Source: the human T2T-CHM13v2.0 reference genome, Homo sapiens. Taken from it: 64,000 nt of DNA. A program made the translations under genes and the position numbers. The DNA is taken from NCBI RefSeq assembly GCF_009914755.1, contig NC_060934.1. The stretch is one strand, 5' to 3'. Below are positions 17,572 to 32,940 of this stretch, one piece after another; the stretch's first letter is position 1; the number at the start of each line of letters is the position of its first letter. Below the pieces are notes generated by a model. It had not been told where the DNA came from. It ran no database searches and was given only the letters and a program-made list of their open reading frames with translations.

Positions 17572-19578
17572 TGACAGCAGCAGCAGGCAGTCCAGAGCAG
17601 CCGCTGCCATCACGCTGGCTGCAGCAAGGAGGTGCGAGTGGTGGCAGCAGGAGCCGCTGCGGGAGCAGCAGTGGCAGTGGCTGGACCCCTGTGCCCCGCA
17701 TCCCCAAGGCAGCTGACTGCTCTGCACCCACCCTTGCGCAGCCAGACGGAACCTGCCCCCAGGCCCACAGCCTCCAGGACTCTGAAGCCCTGGCCCAGCA
17801 TGACCATTCTAGCATACCGCACCTGCGGGGAGGGCACCTGCAGGGAGGGCACGGGAAGGAGGCAGAGCTGGGCCCAGGATGGTGCTGCGCTCCATGGAGC
17901 TGGAGGGAGCCAGGGATAAGAGGGACCCTCTGAGAGCCTGCTGCCCTGGGGGCCACTGCGACAGGGCTGAGCCGAGCTACCTGCCAGCACTGGAGCAGCA
18001 CAGTTGGGCACGGAGGGGCAGGCAGAGAGGAGCCCAGAGAGGACCTGGAGGCCCCACCCCAGGCTGCAAGGAGGCATAGCCTGGGCTGCCTGCAGGCTCC
18101 ATGGAGAGGGCGGGGCTCCCACCCTCCCAGGCACAGGACCTGGGGTCTCTGACTCTGTATCCTCAGGGGCCCAGAAGGCCCACCAACCCCTTGGGTTGTC
18201 TGCTCCTGCTGCCTGGCCTCTCCCCACTCCCAGTGCCTGCTCCCATCTCAGAGCGGGATTGGGGCCGAGCCCGGGCACTGTCACAGCCCAGCCAGGTGTG
18301 CTCACACTCAGGACAGCACTGACATGCCAGCCCCCTGTCGCCCTGGCCCTCTCTAGACATTGGGCACCAACAAGCACTGCAGGGAAGCCAAGGTGGGTGC
18401 TGAGGGCAGCTCGGCACTGGCCTGCAGGTGCCCCTTGGCCCAAGCAGCCTGGGTGCCATGGACCCTAGCAGGAGGCAGAAAGGCTCCTGGGCAGAAGGCG
18501 GTGGGTTCCCAGTGAGGCCCCACCTTCGGGCCAGGGAGGGCCTGAAGACTGGGGCTCACGCTGCCAGTCCCACACGGACTGAGATGGGAACTTGTGGTGC
18601 CTTTTTCAGACCCACCCATGGCCACCCATGGACTAATGGGCACACACTTCCTCCCATCTGAGGCCCATAAAAGCCCCAGGCTCAGCCAGAGCAGAAGGGA
18701 TGGCAGGACCACAAGCTGCAGAAAGGAGCTACCCTCTCTGCTGAGAACTGAACACTCATCGGGATGACCAGCTGCAGACAGGAGCTACCCTCTCTGCTGG
18801 GAGCCAAACACTTGTTGGGAAGACCTGCCTGCAAAGAGGAGCTACCCTCTCTGCTAGGAGCTGAACACTCAATGGGACACCCTGGCCTTAGAAAGGAGCT
18901 GCACCCTGTGGGTCTCTGCTGGTTGTTCTATTGCTCAGTAAAGCTCCTCTTCGTCTTGCTCACCCTTCACTTGTCCGCATACCTCATTCTTCCTGTTTGC
19001 AGAACAATAACTCAGGACCCACCAAATGGCGAGGCTAAAAGAGCTGCTATAACACAAACAGGGCTGAAACATACCCACTGCTCACCAGGTTGCAGGCAAA
19101 GAGAAGGAGAGAAGAGCTGTGGCCCTTTGGGGAGACCAGACCTGAGGAGCTCCCTGAGCCAGGGCTGTGACTCCCTCTTTGAGACCTGTGATTCCTGGTG
19201 TCCTCAAGCTTCTGGGTGCCACCACATTCCCCAATGCCAGCCAGGGAAGCTGCTTGCAGTGTGCCTGGTCCAGCCACAGCCTCCCAGAGAGCTGACGCCC
19301 ATGCCAGCACCTGGAGCTGCCTGCCCCATGGCAGCAGCCAGCATGTCTGACTGTGCAGTGGCCAGACCCCACATTCACTCACACACCCCTCACCACTCCA
19401 CACCTGACTCACAATCTCCCTTGAAGGTGTGGGATCCAGGCTGGTAGCACAAGCCAAGTGCAGCCTGCCAGGCCGAGTGGGCAGAACAAGAACAGCAGCC
19501 CCAAGCAAAACTCAGGCAAACGCACCACCAGACAGAGGTTTCCAGCCAGAGAAATGACAACCCAAAAATCCTATAACA
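17572..19578 (+). mobile_element. MER52-family solo LTR (ERV1, about 2.0 kb)
   Basis: TG...CA termini, 4-bp TSD aaat, GC-rich body, internal aggagctaccctctctgct repeats at about 18714-18910. Confidence 0.9.
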
Positions 19579-20996
19579 AAATGAGAGATTAAAAGGGAAA
19601 GGAAATAGAGGGAAAAAAAAGTAAAAGATACCTAACTTTCAAGGTAAATTTTTTAAAATAACTTTTTTTTTAGGAAAAAAATCCCTTTTGGTCAGAACTA
19701 TAAGCCATTTATGTATACAAGTATTTAGGAAGTTAGTTGAAGTAGAAAATCAATGACAAAATTACCATAAAATTTATTAAGCGTACTATATTCAGACAGT
19801 AGTCAAATTTCTAAAAATAAAACCCTAGGTCATAGCAGCATAATTTTTACTCTTACTTAATACTTTCAAAAAAGCAAATAGTCATTAGATATAGAGTTTA
19901 TTATTTATTATCATCTTTCATTCTAATCCTTTATCCTCATATCCTTTTGATGTTTTTCTTTTAAAATGGAATCATTATAATAGATGTAAATAATATTCAA
20001 TAGTAGTAGCCTATATGAGCCATTAGTTATAGTCTAATAATTTCAATGTCTTACTTTTCTTCTAGGAAATAAAAAATTTATCAATAAGAGTGGAGATTTT
20101 TCTTCTCTTCTACCTCTCCCATTTAACATATTAGCCATTAAAAAACCACACAAGTTCGGTTCAAAGGATGCTGCTATTTATCTCCTATTTCCTTGTAGTC
20201 CCTTTTCACATGACGTATCTTTAAAATAAAGCAAAAATCTTCCAGAATTTAAAATTGTAGCTAATAAACTTACCGTCCATTTCTAAGTGTGTGTGTGTGG
20301 TGAGGGCGTCATATTATTTTACACATGTATCTACCCAGAAACCCAACTGCTTTGTCTAAGTTTAATGAAACATGGTATATATTTTCCTTTTATGCCCAGA
20401 ATAAGTATTACTAAAAGCAGAACAAGAACAAAATTAATTCTGCCTCATGTTTTTATTAAATACTAGCTAACTGAGCATATGTAACATGCCAGGGTCTGGG
20501 ATAAAAGTTTATCTACAGCACTGGATTCAGTCTTTACAACCCTCTAGATATTATTATCATCCCTATTTTACAAATGAGGAAACTGAGGCTCAGAAAGGTT
20601 TACTCTCCCAACATCACATAATAAAGCTCAAAACTAGGTTTCAACATGAGTTTTCTCACTCCAGAGCTTCCTCTTAACCAATACACACACACATAATCAT
20701 TTACAAAGTATATCCATACACATGCTCTTCTCATATAATCCCAATTTTCCATTTCCAGTTGAAGAATAACTGAAATTTCTAGTTGGGAAAAACTCAGAAA
20801 CCCTGACAGTAACTCAGTATAGAAATACCCATTTAAAGCATCCCTTGCTTTCGGTCAAACTCATACATTGACAGAGAAGTCGCAGCTGCTTGAAGCAACC
20901 AGCTACACTGTGGGATAGTCACAAGTGTTTAAAAGTTCTACATTAAGTCAAGAAAAAATGCTCCTTTTAATGAATTTTCCTCTATAGGTGTCATTC

Positions 20997-21601
20997 TTTT
21001 TTTTTATTATTGTGGGTACATAATAGGTGTATATATTTATGAGGTACATAGGATATTCTAATACAGACATGCAATGTATAATAATCACATCATGGACAAT
21101 GAAGTGTCCATCCTCTCAAGCATTTATCTTTTGTGTTACAAACAATCTACTGATACTTTTTAAGTTATTTTTAAATGTACAATTAAGTTTCTATTGACTA
21201 TACTCACCCTGTTGTACTATCGAATAGGATGCCTTATTCATTCTTTTTTTTTGTACCCATTAATCATCCTCACCTGCTCTCCAACCCCCACTACTCTTCC
21301 CAGCTGCTGGTAACCATCCTTCTACTCTCTATGTTCAATTGCTTTGATTTTTAGATCCCACAGGTGAAAACATGTGATGTTTGCCTTTTTGTGCCTGGCT
21401 TATTTCACTTAACATAATAACCTCGAATTCCACTCATATTGTTACAAAGGACAGAATCTCCTTCTTTTTTTATGGTTGAATAGTACTGCATTGCGTATAT
21501 GTACCACATTTCCTTTATCCATTTGTCAGGTGATAGACCCTTAGGTTGCTTCCAAATCTTGGTTATTGTGAATAACAACAGCAACAAACATGGGAGTGCA
21601 G
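20997..21601 (-). mobile_element. L1MA (L1MA2-like) 3' end
   Basis: tgtgggtacataataggtgtatatatttatg...; imperfect TSD aggtgtcattctttt / aggtgttcttctttt. Confidence 0.85.
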
Positions 21602-22829
21602 AGGTGTTCTTCTTTTACAGCAATTGAAAATAAGGCTATTTTTTTTTCCGATCTGCCAACTATATGACTGCTGACATTTGTGATACATTCCTTTCACATC
21701 CTCTGTTCAGTTAGGTCCTTTCCATTAGCGATGATATAACCCTAAGCTCAAGCAGGAATAAGCAAGATGGCAAACATAATGGCTCACTGAATAAAAAAAA
21801 AAGCTCAGGTTATCTTCAGGCCCATCTTGATCCAGGAGCTCAAATGATACCATCAGAATTTCCCACAGAAGATGGCATCAATTTTTTACAGAATTGAACT
21901 CCAGACTCCAAATGTGTCTGAATCAGCACAGATTACATGAAAAGGGGAGCAGCTTTCTACTTTTTCCACTTTTCTGTTATATTTATCAATCAAGTTTTAT
22001 ATAAATATATTGATCATTCAAAGTATTTCTTCTTTATTGGAGTTGTCAGTTCCCTTAGTACTCAGTACTCATTTTGTGTTAATTACGTCACCAGCTTGTT
22101 CCTTGGGGAGAAATTCTACAATAGTACCTCTTATTATGACTTCTGCAGTTTTATCTGACAGGTTTATAATTTGGAGGCTGCTTCATGTGAATTTTGTTAT
22201 GACATAGCATCAGTCAGATATATAGTACTTTGCTGGAAAAATTTTTCAGAAAACTCAACTCAAAATGGCCCAAATAAGAATGATTTATTAAGTAGGACAG
22301 ATCTGAAATAGTTAATTTGGCAGCCCAATGACACGGTGAGGGACTTGGTTTCCTTCCATCTTTTTACTCTGCCATCCTCAGTGCATGGGCCCCACAGCCC
22401 CAGGACCACAATATGGCTGCTGCAGTTGCAAACATCACATACAAACCAAGACCAGCAAAACTCTGACAAACTTTCTTCATAAGCATCGCTTTTTAAGAAA
22501 TGAAACCTTTCCAAGATGGCCTTTTCAGCCCTCCACTCATAGCGCGGTGGTAAGAAATACATCACATACCCATTCTTAAACGAATCACAGGTAGAAATAT
22601 AAAATATACAAAATATAAAACAATCCTGAGTGGTTTAGTGAAACATGACTGCGTGCAGCAGAGGGACTGCCTAAAGAAAATAAAGCTCTCTAAATAACGA
22701 AGAAGATGAGATATGCCGTTGGGTAGAAAACAGAAGAAAATTAAAGTTACCCATACTCTCATCACTCAGAAATAGGTCTTACTAATATTTTGATGTATAT
22801 CCTTCTAATAATTTTCCCTTTTTGTTTGC

Positions 22830-23390
22830 TTCACTTAAACTTATTTCATCCATGTATTCATTGATGTGTTTATTGAAGTCGAGGGCCTACTACATTCCAC
22901 TGCTCTTCGAGGCAATAGTGATAGGATGGTGATAAAGGCAAGGAAACAAATCATCATCCTTGGTGATTTCAGGCCGTGCTCGGTGCTGTGTAGACAATTA
23001 CAGGGATAGAGGGAGGGGGTAAGGTGTGATGGCGAGTTGAGAGGTCTCTGTCCCAGCAGAGTCCTGCAAGAGGTGAAAGAGGGAGCTGTGTGAAGATGTT
23101 GAGGAAGAGAATCCTACATGCAAAGGCCCACAGGGAACACCATGTGGCCATGATCATGAAACAGCAAAAGTGCCAGTGTGGCCAGCATCACACACGCAAG
23201 GGGAAAGGGAAGTGATACATTCCAAAGTGGTCAGAAGCCAAACCTCACAGGGCCCAGCAGGCAACTATGAGGCCTTTTGTTTTATTCTAAGAAAGCCCTG
23301 GAGGGTTGAGCAGGGGAAGACTTGGCCTGACATATTTTTTAGTGCTCACTCAGGCTGTTCTGTAGATAACAGACTCTATAGAGACAAAAT
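22830..23390 (-). mobile_element. L2 fragment
   Basis: cattgatgtgtttattgaag...tgcaaaggccc...ctcactcaggctg, degenerate L2 3' region. Confidence 0.6.
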
Positions 23391-23523
23391 TCTAGAAAGT
23401 AGATTCTTGAAGAATTTGTGACAGCTTTTCTCAGTTCAATTTTTCTTCAGTTACAAGAACAGTGCTTTCTATTCACTGACTTTCTTCTGTATCTCTGAGA
23501 ATGTTTCAATTACTTGGTTGAGA

Positions 23524-23842
23524 CCAGCACTGCCCAAGAGAAACACAACATAAACCACAAATGAGAGCCATATGTGTATTTTGAAGTTTCTAGTAAAAGA
23601 AAGAAGTAAAAATAAACAAGTGAAATTAATTTTAATAATATATTTTTTCATACAACATATCCTAAATATAATTTCCACATATAAAATTATTAGAGAGATA
23701 GTTTGCATTCTATTTCTTGCATAAATTCTTTTAAATCTAGTGAATATTTTACACTGACAGCACATCATAATTCTCATGGGTCACATTTCCAATTTTTAAA
23801 AGCCCCACATGGCTATTGCCTACCATATAGGATATGGCAGGT
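23524..23842. mobile_element. hAT-Charlie MITE (MER33/MER3-like)
   Basis: ccagcactgcccaa...attttacactgacagcacatc...cacatggctattgcctaccata. Confidence 0.7.
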
Positions 23843-24877
23843 GTAGACAATAGGGTCTACCTGCTCTTTGTTCCCCCAGTCTGTTCTCAGTACTATTTCA
23901 TGTCTGTAATAGTTGACTACTTAAATTCGTAAATACTTTAATCATGAAAGGTCTGGCTAATTTCCATATCCAATATCACTCAGGTCTGTTGGATGGACAC
24001 TGTTTCCTTCTTCTGCTGTCTCTAACTTTTCATTTTCAAATGTTTTAATTCAGATACACCCTCATATGTATGTATGCTGACCAACTCTAATTCACAGATA
24101 TTTATTTGAGAAAGCAGCAGGTAGGTAATCTTTATATCCTTTAATAAGTGAATAAATTCTATAAACCTTAGACAAGATGCGAAGCTTCTAACCTTTTCTT
24201 CTTTCTCTGAAGTTTATAATTTAAATTTGATTTAGTCATACAGGTAATTTCCTAAACTTCATACCTCACATGTCACATAGGTTGAAAGAACATGAGTTTG
24301 TTCTGTTTTTTAAATTTTAAAACCAATATTTATGTGGAAAATATCAGATTAAGAGTAATACTTAGGGAGTAAGATCATTTTCTTTTTTGAATCCTAAGAT
24401 TCATGTTTTGCTCCTTAATGTGAAAAATCTTTCTAAAATATATTAGGTAGATATCCACTTAGATAAGTATGGTATACAGACTATAATAGAATTTTCTTTG
24501 CTGATTACAAAGGCTACACGGTCTCAGTGTTGTTATTCCATAATAGCTGTCCACATACAGAGAGGCAAAGGAAAGAAAATCTAATTAATTGAAGGTCTTA
24601 GTTAGCTGAGGACTGGCAAGAATTCATTATGGCATGGCAAATGAGAGCAATTAATTCTGTAGAATAAGTGAGTATATATCAGATAGGAATGTTTTTGGGC
24701 TGAATATAATAGCCTCACTAACTGGCTTAAATAAATAAGGTTTTCCTCTGAGGGTCAGCAGGCCAGGACAGGTATAGTCACTTACTCTACAATACTGTCA
24801 ACGACCCAAAGGACCCAACATCCTTCTAAATTCCCATTTTTAAAAGACTTACCTGTGGCCTTAAGATGCCTCCTACA

Positions 24878-25312
<435 letters not shown>

Positions 25313-25835
25313 TCATTTTGGTCTCACTGGCCAGGGCTGTGTAACCTGACCATCATAGCACGAAGAGAGGCTGGGAGGCAACTATCTCAACTGAAAGCAT
25401 TGCTATCCTAAACAAAACCAGATAACCAGCAGTTGTGAACAATGAGGTTATTGCACAATTCAGGGAAACAAGGAGTTGGGTCCTTAATTGCTGTGTCCTG
25501 TGACAGCTGATGGGAAGTGAAAGCACATAGGGTCAGTATGAGAGATCAAAATCTGTAGCAAGATGTAACAATGCCACTTCCTTATCCACCACCCCCAAAT
25601 CCCACACACCCCTTCATCTCTTCCTCTTCTGTCCATGCTGAAAATTCCTCTATGAACACTTCCAAGGCTACAATTTCCTACAGTTCTTCAATCTTCCATT
25701 TCCCCTAAAGTTGATTCTAACTAGCTGAACCATGGATTCCAAAGGACAAGGATGTTGACATTACTCTATCCACCCAGCCATTTCAGCATAGCAGAGTAGA
25801 CCACTGGACATAATGAGCTCTTGATTATCCTCCTG

Positions 25836-26276
25836 TGCTATGGTTTGAATGTCTGTCCCTTCAGAAACTCATGTTGAAATTTAATCCCCAGTGTGGCAGT
25901 ATTGAAAGGTCCGGCCTTTAAGAGAAGACTGGGTCAGGAGGGCTCTGCCCTGATGAATGGATTAATCCATTCATGGATTAATGGATTAGTGGGGTAATGG
26001 GTTAATGGATTCATAGATTATTATGGGAGTGGAAGTGGTAGCTTTATAAGAAAAGGAAGAGAGACTTGAGCTAGCATGCTCAGCCCCTCACCGAGTGATG
26101 CTCTGCACCACCTGGGGACTCTGCAGAGTCCCTACCAGCAAGAAGGCCTTCACCAGATGTGACCCCTCAACCTTGGACTTCTCAGCCTCCATAATTGTAG
26201 GTAATACATTCCTTTTCCTCATAAATTACCCAGTTTTAGGTATTATGTTACAAACAACAGAAAATAAGCTAAGACA
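25836..26276 (+). mobile_element. MST (MSTC-like) MaLR solo LTR
   Basis: tgctatggtttgaatg...ctaagaca, internal ggattaat repeats, TSD tcctg/tccta. Confidence 0.88.
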
Positions 26277-27775
26277 TCCTAAAACAGAGACTGTACTAAA
26301 CGAAAAGTCCCACTGCTATGACTGCTCAAACGTGGCTCCTTTAAATGAAGTGGGGTCTCCCACAGAAACATACACTATATACTCACCCTCTACCTCTGTA
26401 CTTAATTTAGGTGGCTTTCCACTTGCCCACACTCACTGTTTTCCTGTCTCTTCCACTGTCTAAATGTGTCTCCATTCCTGGATACTATTTTCCATGTGAT
26501 CTGCTTCTACCTCTACTCTTCCCAACTCAAGTCTGAACTTGAATTTTTTAGCTTTGATCCCAACACTCTCCAGATACAACTTCAAAACAGTCTTCCTTGG
26601 CCTCAGGCACCCTGACCTTTGCCTTGTTCCTGCATAACCCCCAGCTGGTGTACCCCCATCAGGAGAAGAGATCAGGCACTCCAAACTTTCTGCACAGTGT
26701 GCTAGATTGAGGGAGTCAACCACCATGAAGGGAGAGAACTGCTGCCCTGATTCTCACTGATGAAAGGCCAGGAGGAAGGATTTTAAACATGCCACTTCAT
26801 AGTGTTGTTTCCTTGCACAGCCCCCAGGAGCCATCCCTGAAGAAACATAGTGCCTCTTGAAGATTTTTTAAAAGATTTTTCCAGTTTGTCCTTCTCCCCC
26901 TTTGGAGCAGAGAATGTTAGAACAGAGGAAAAGTTAGGACAAATAGAGAAAGAGGGACCAACATCACCAGGAATGACAAAATAGAATTCTCTGTACTTCT
27001 AAATCTGCTAAGAAATAAAACCTGATGTGATTGTGAGAAGTGGGCAATGTTCTGTCCCAAGAAGGAAGACAAGGCCTTCCCTGCTCTGACCCTGCGTTTT
27101 GCTCCAGCCTCATTGCTGACTCCCTGCCTCCACCTGCTTTTTGTTTCTCGTATACTGCACTGGTCCAAAGAAGCTAGGTTATGGGCTGGTCACAAACAAC
27201 TCCAAAATCACAACAAATGTACATTTTTCACTCGTCACCTCTTCTCTGAGTCCAGGCAACTCTTTAGGCCAGCTCTCCTCCATACTATGGCTAAGTAATA
27301 CCTCTCTGTGTCAAGATACTCCTACAATGCCCAGGCCAGGGGAAGAGTGCTCTGGAGAACTTGACACCCATAGTTAAATGATCTCACCCAGAAAAAACAT
27401 TTGTCATTTCTCCTCACATTGCATAACCTTGATGAACCACAAGGAGGCAGGGAAGTGCAATTTGTCACGTGTCCAGATGGAGGACAAATGGAAATATTTG
27501 TGAGCGACACAAATGCCTAACACACATTCCATGTTATTTTTTACCTCCATACTTTAGGGTAGTGTGGCCCCTGTGCTTAGGACACCCCATCCCCAACCCT
27601 TTTCTTGGTTAATCTGTATTCCCATCAGTCATCCTTCACCCTCCAGCCCTGCATGCAGGCTAGGTTAGAACTCTGTCCATATCATTGCACTGGTCACATC
27701 ATGTTATTGTCTATCTTACTCAAAATTACAAGCTTCTATAAGTGTATCACTTGTCCTTTAAAATTTCAAGTATGA

Positions 27776-28380
<605 letters not shown>

Positions 28381-30127
28381 TCACACACACTCAGGACAAA
28401 GGTCAACCAATATCATCAAGAATGACAAAATCAAACTCTCCACATGTATAAATCTGCTAAGAAGTAAAATCCAACGGGATTGTTGGAAGTGGTCTGTTTC
28501 TTTATCCCAGAAAGAGACAGACATAACCCCTAGTGCCTGGAATGTTGTGGGACCACATGCTTTAGTTTCCTACCCTTCCTAAGAGTTCCATTGGTTTGAA
28601 GAAGAAAACATATACAAAACTCCCGTGCAAGGAATAAACGTTTACATCTATGACAGATATGGCTTGAAATTTAATATTCTGAAACTTTTCTTAATTTTTA
28701 GATTAGAAAACAATATATGACCACAGCAAAATTTCAAATAATGCAAAATAGTATGAATTGAAAAGTGGAAGTCCTCTCCCCCATTTCTACCCTAGATCCC
28801 CAATACTGCTCTTAGAAGTAATCATTGTTAAGTGTATTCCTCCAGAAATTCTCTATGCATAATTTATTTATGTATGTTGATATGTAATCTTTTCCTAAAA
28901 ATGAGATCATATTTTGCATATTCTAAAACTTGCTCTTTTCTCCACAGTATATATATATGGCATCTCCCTATTAGTATATATAAACACATCCTATCAATTT
29001 TAAAGCTGAATTATGAGAATAAGGAATTTAAGCCGAACCCCTAACAAATGAGCAACAACTTTTTAAAGTTTTACTTTTAAATAACTCTTTCGAAGAGAAA
29101 AAAAGTCTTTCAGACATTCTCCTCTGGAAACAACTAGAAAACTAACTTCATATTCCCCACAAGATCCAGAAGACATCAGAAGGGTAATACATGGTCAACA
29201 CAATGCTATTATTTATCTTCTAATTGAAGATAAGAACTGATTTTTTAAAAAATCCTTTTCCTAGAAAATACTGTGTGTTATTCTACCAGGAAATAAAAAA
29301 TCTGATTTCAAATGTCCTTATTTCAAACATTTTATCTTGTTATATAATAAAGCTTCTTCGTTTATTTATCTTAGGCAGAGAATCAGAACTAAAGTCCTTC
29401 CCCATCAACTTAAAGAAATATTCATGCTTCAGATTTTCTACATCAAAATCTAGATTTAGCTGGAAAAAGCCCTCTAGCCACTGTTCTTTGCCCATTACAA
29501 TTTAGTTAACGGCATAACCCTGCCTGTGGCCATAGTAAGCACAGGCAGCAGTCAAACCACAATTGGTACCTTACTCAAGGCTTTCTCCAAGCCCCCAGCC
29601 TTTCTTCCTTGCTTTGGGCACTTTCTCCTTTGACTGCAGACCTTGACTCTCTCACTTCTCTGCCTGGGTTGGATCAGGCTGGACTCCAGGACCAAGCATT
29701 GGCCTCTGGCTCTGCTGGCTCCTGCCTTGGGAGGCCTGTCATGCATGGGACATCACAAATACAGGTGAGAGAGCTCCACTCCTTGATACCACCCTAGCAG
29801 AGTTCATGGCACCTCCAATTCCACAGACATGGGCGAGAGACTGCACTCAATGCCCCAGACTCCTCAGGATACGACACTGGCTGCTCTGCTTCAAAGAGAG
29901 GACACTGAGCAGCTTCCAGAGGCAACAACATTCAGAAATGTGTGCTCAGAAGGCTTAATCTTGAGCAAACCATTGACCCCCGCTAAGGCTTAATTATCGC
30001 ACTTGTAACATAGGGCTACTAATAGTAATTATGTAATAAGATTATAATAAGTTTAAGTAAAATAATCCATATTATATTTTCAATACAATGCATGATACAT
30101 AGTATGCCCCTAATAAGTATAAATGGG

Positions 30128-30149
30128 GATGATGATGATGATGATGATG
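30128..30149. repeat. (GAT)n microsatellite
   Basis: Visible repeat; source of the poly-Asp in a spurious ORF. Confidence 0.9.
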
Positions 30150-32569
30150 GCAATGATGAAGTTAAATCTCTTCAAAACATCTTTGGAATTCCTGACTTCC
30201 TTGAGCAATCAAACCTGCTAGAATCATGCCCCATCACCTTTCCTATACTTCAAGGAATGAGATCACCTAGATTCTTCCAGAGGAAAGGCATTCTGATAAA
30301 TAAATAAATAAATAATTGTGCTCTTAAATGGTGCAAAAGACTCAACAAAGATCTTCCAAAACAAGGTAAACCCCTGATCCATGGAGATGCTTCTGAGGCT
30401 CCGCAAGTGTTCATTGACATGTACAATTTTCTAATATTTTCTAATGCCACTCATTCTGGGGCCTTTTTCTCCTTTCCCACAAATCCGCTTCATTTTTGAG
30501 GTGTTTTTTGTTTGTTTGCTTCTTTCTTGCTCATACCATTGATTCCATCTTTTATATATTTAAAACAGTGAACATGGCTATTTTATGTTTGGTATTTGAT
30601 AATTCTAACCTGTCAAGTCTGCAGATCCATTGTGCTGTGTATAGTTTTTGGTGGAAGTGCCTTGTTTCCTGATAAGTTTTATGATTTGGTGACTAGGAGC
30701 TTACTGGGACTGGAACTGTGGGAATTCTCTAAGGCCTGTAATAAGGGTCTGTTTCTCCAATTACCATTTGCATCTACTTCTGTCAGGCCAGCAGTGCTGT
30801 CAGTCCAGGACCCCTTTAAATTAAATTCCAGTTTGAAGTGTTTTTATTTCTCTATTTTTTTCTGGACCTCAGGAGAAGGATGAACTTAGCCCCTAGCCCC
30901 ATGAGTGCCTGCTATAATTACAGATTCTCAAGAAAGACTTCCCACTACCAGTGCCCAAGTTGAAAAGGCAAATTTCCCTGGCAAATTTTCCTCCCCTGGG
31001 TCATGTTTTTAAAAGCCCTAGATTTGGTGGCAGCTTCAGTCTTACTCCCCACTTTGTAAAAGCCCTGTGTTTATTTCCTGCCTCCAGAATGCAGCCTTTA
31101 TATTCAAAGTTCTGGGTCGCCAGAAATCAGCACCTATCCCCAATGGAAGCTAATAGCTTCTATACTGGTTTACCTCTTGGGCCCCTTGCTTTCTCTCCAT
31201 TTCATATCTCTAAGGATTCCTCTTACTTTCTTGCCAGCTCAGCCATGCAATTAAAATGGTATGTATTTTTAAAATTTTATCCAGGCTTTTTAGTGTTTTG
31301 CTTTTTAGAGATAGGCTTTTTAGAATATTTGATCCATCCATAATGCTACTAGAAATAAACTGGATTTTAATTTCATGTTAAAATTTTACTCAGTATTTTC
31401 TCCACCCCATTACTTGAATGGTTTATGTTTGCCTCTCCTTGTCACCTGCTTCAATTACTGTGATGTTTCTGCTGTACTTTGGAGTCCCCACTAATACACA
31501 GTTCACCTCTGCCTGGGTCTTCTTTTCTCATGCTCCACTCATGGTGTAGCTATGGCTCTTCACCATTACTTTTTCCAACTAGGTTGGTCCACCGGGGAAA
31601 GGTTACTATATAATTATCCTTTTTATTCTATGACTTCAAGCAAAATTTCTAGAACATTTAGTTCTTGACAGCTACAATACAATTATACAAAGAAAGATGG
31701 GGATTAATTACATTCTTACTAAAACAAGTCATATTAAGTAGATGATGTGGAATAGTATAACATTTTATACATTATCTGTCACAAAATACACCACATACAA
31801 AACTCTCTAATCATGATGCCAGCCAGCTGCCAGCCAGCTGAGGAGATTTAACCATTTATCTCTTAAAATCCTTTCGTTATCTTAAAATTAATTATATAGG
31901 ACTCTGAAAAGATCCATTAATAACTCTCCTTTCATCATGTGCTAAATACCTCTGTGTTCTTTCTCTGAAGCTCAAGTATTGGGGTTCTGTGCCTATCCTC
32001 TTAGCCTAGGTTTGAACCCTGCTCTAATCCTTCTTAGGCAAGCATCCCAGAGCAGGCCACTTCATCTCTTGGACTGTCTGGCCCTCATCTGCACAATGGA
32101 AATATAATAATTCCTCCCCTACAGGACTATGTCAGGGTTTAAATATGAACCCTTTTAAAAACCTTGGTACAATGCCAGCACATAGGTCATCCTCAATAAA
32201 TGGAAGCCATAAAAACAAATTCTACTACTATCTAGTTTTTTTAAAAACATTCACCCAATATTATCATAAATGCAGTAGTATATATAATAAATGAATTACA
32301 ACTGAGCCAATATCAGTATAATGTCAGGAAGCCAAGAGGTTTGCTTAAGGAATGGGGATTAATGTGAATTGACTTTACTACCTTCTTTCACTTTATCCTA
32401 TGTGGAGCCAACACACTCTCTAAGACAGGCAGTCGGGAGAAAGCCTAATGATTCTCACCTTGATCCAGAACAATGTGTAATAGCTGACCACATGACTTGG
32501 CATCATTAGTTCCAGAACATACAGTTCTATATTACTTCCCAGTTTCTTAACTCCTATTCACGTTGTCAA

Positions 32570-32940
32570 CCACTCTGGAAAAGGCTCAAGCTTCCACCAT
32601 TGCACAGGCTGCTCCTCTGCTGAGAACATTCCATAGACTTCTTCAGGCTAAGACTTACTCATTTTTTAGATATCAGCTAGGATGCCGTGTCCTCCAGAAA
32701 GACTCTCTGATCTCACTGAGCTCCCTGCTCTGAGTTCTCAGGGAATCACCTCATCATCCGCTGCAGGAGGCTATAAGTGACCTGCTGATTTGTCTGGATT
32801 CCCAGTAATATAAGACGCATTAGCACAAGAACTGTGTTTTTCATTGTTCAGGTCAGCAATAAACCCAAACCCTGGTACAATGGTTGATATGACATAAGCA
32901 TTAAATAAATATTGGTTGGATGAATAAATGAATGAATGAA
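32570..32940 (+). mobile_element. L2 3' end
   Basis: Ends in aaatattggttggatgaataaatgaatgaatgaa, the L2 tail. Confidence 0.65.

Noticed and set aside
17516-19508. Many overlapping long ORFs (up to 277 aa) in a GC-rich island
   Set aside because: All lie within the MER52 LTR (TG..CA, TSD aaat). High GC suppresses stop codons, the ORFs occur on both strands, and no domain is recognisable.
24845-24857. Perfect minus-strand splice donor CAG|GTAAGT
   Set aside because: Isolated, near degraded MaLR/Alu sequence, with no supportable acceptor; expected by chance in 64 kb
30092-30307. ORF with poly-Asp tract
   Set aside because: Produced by a (GAT)n microsatellite at a MIR end
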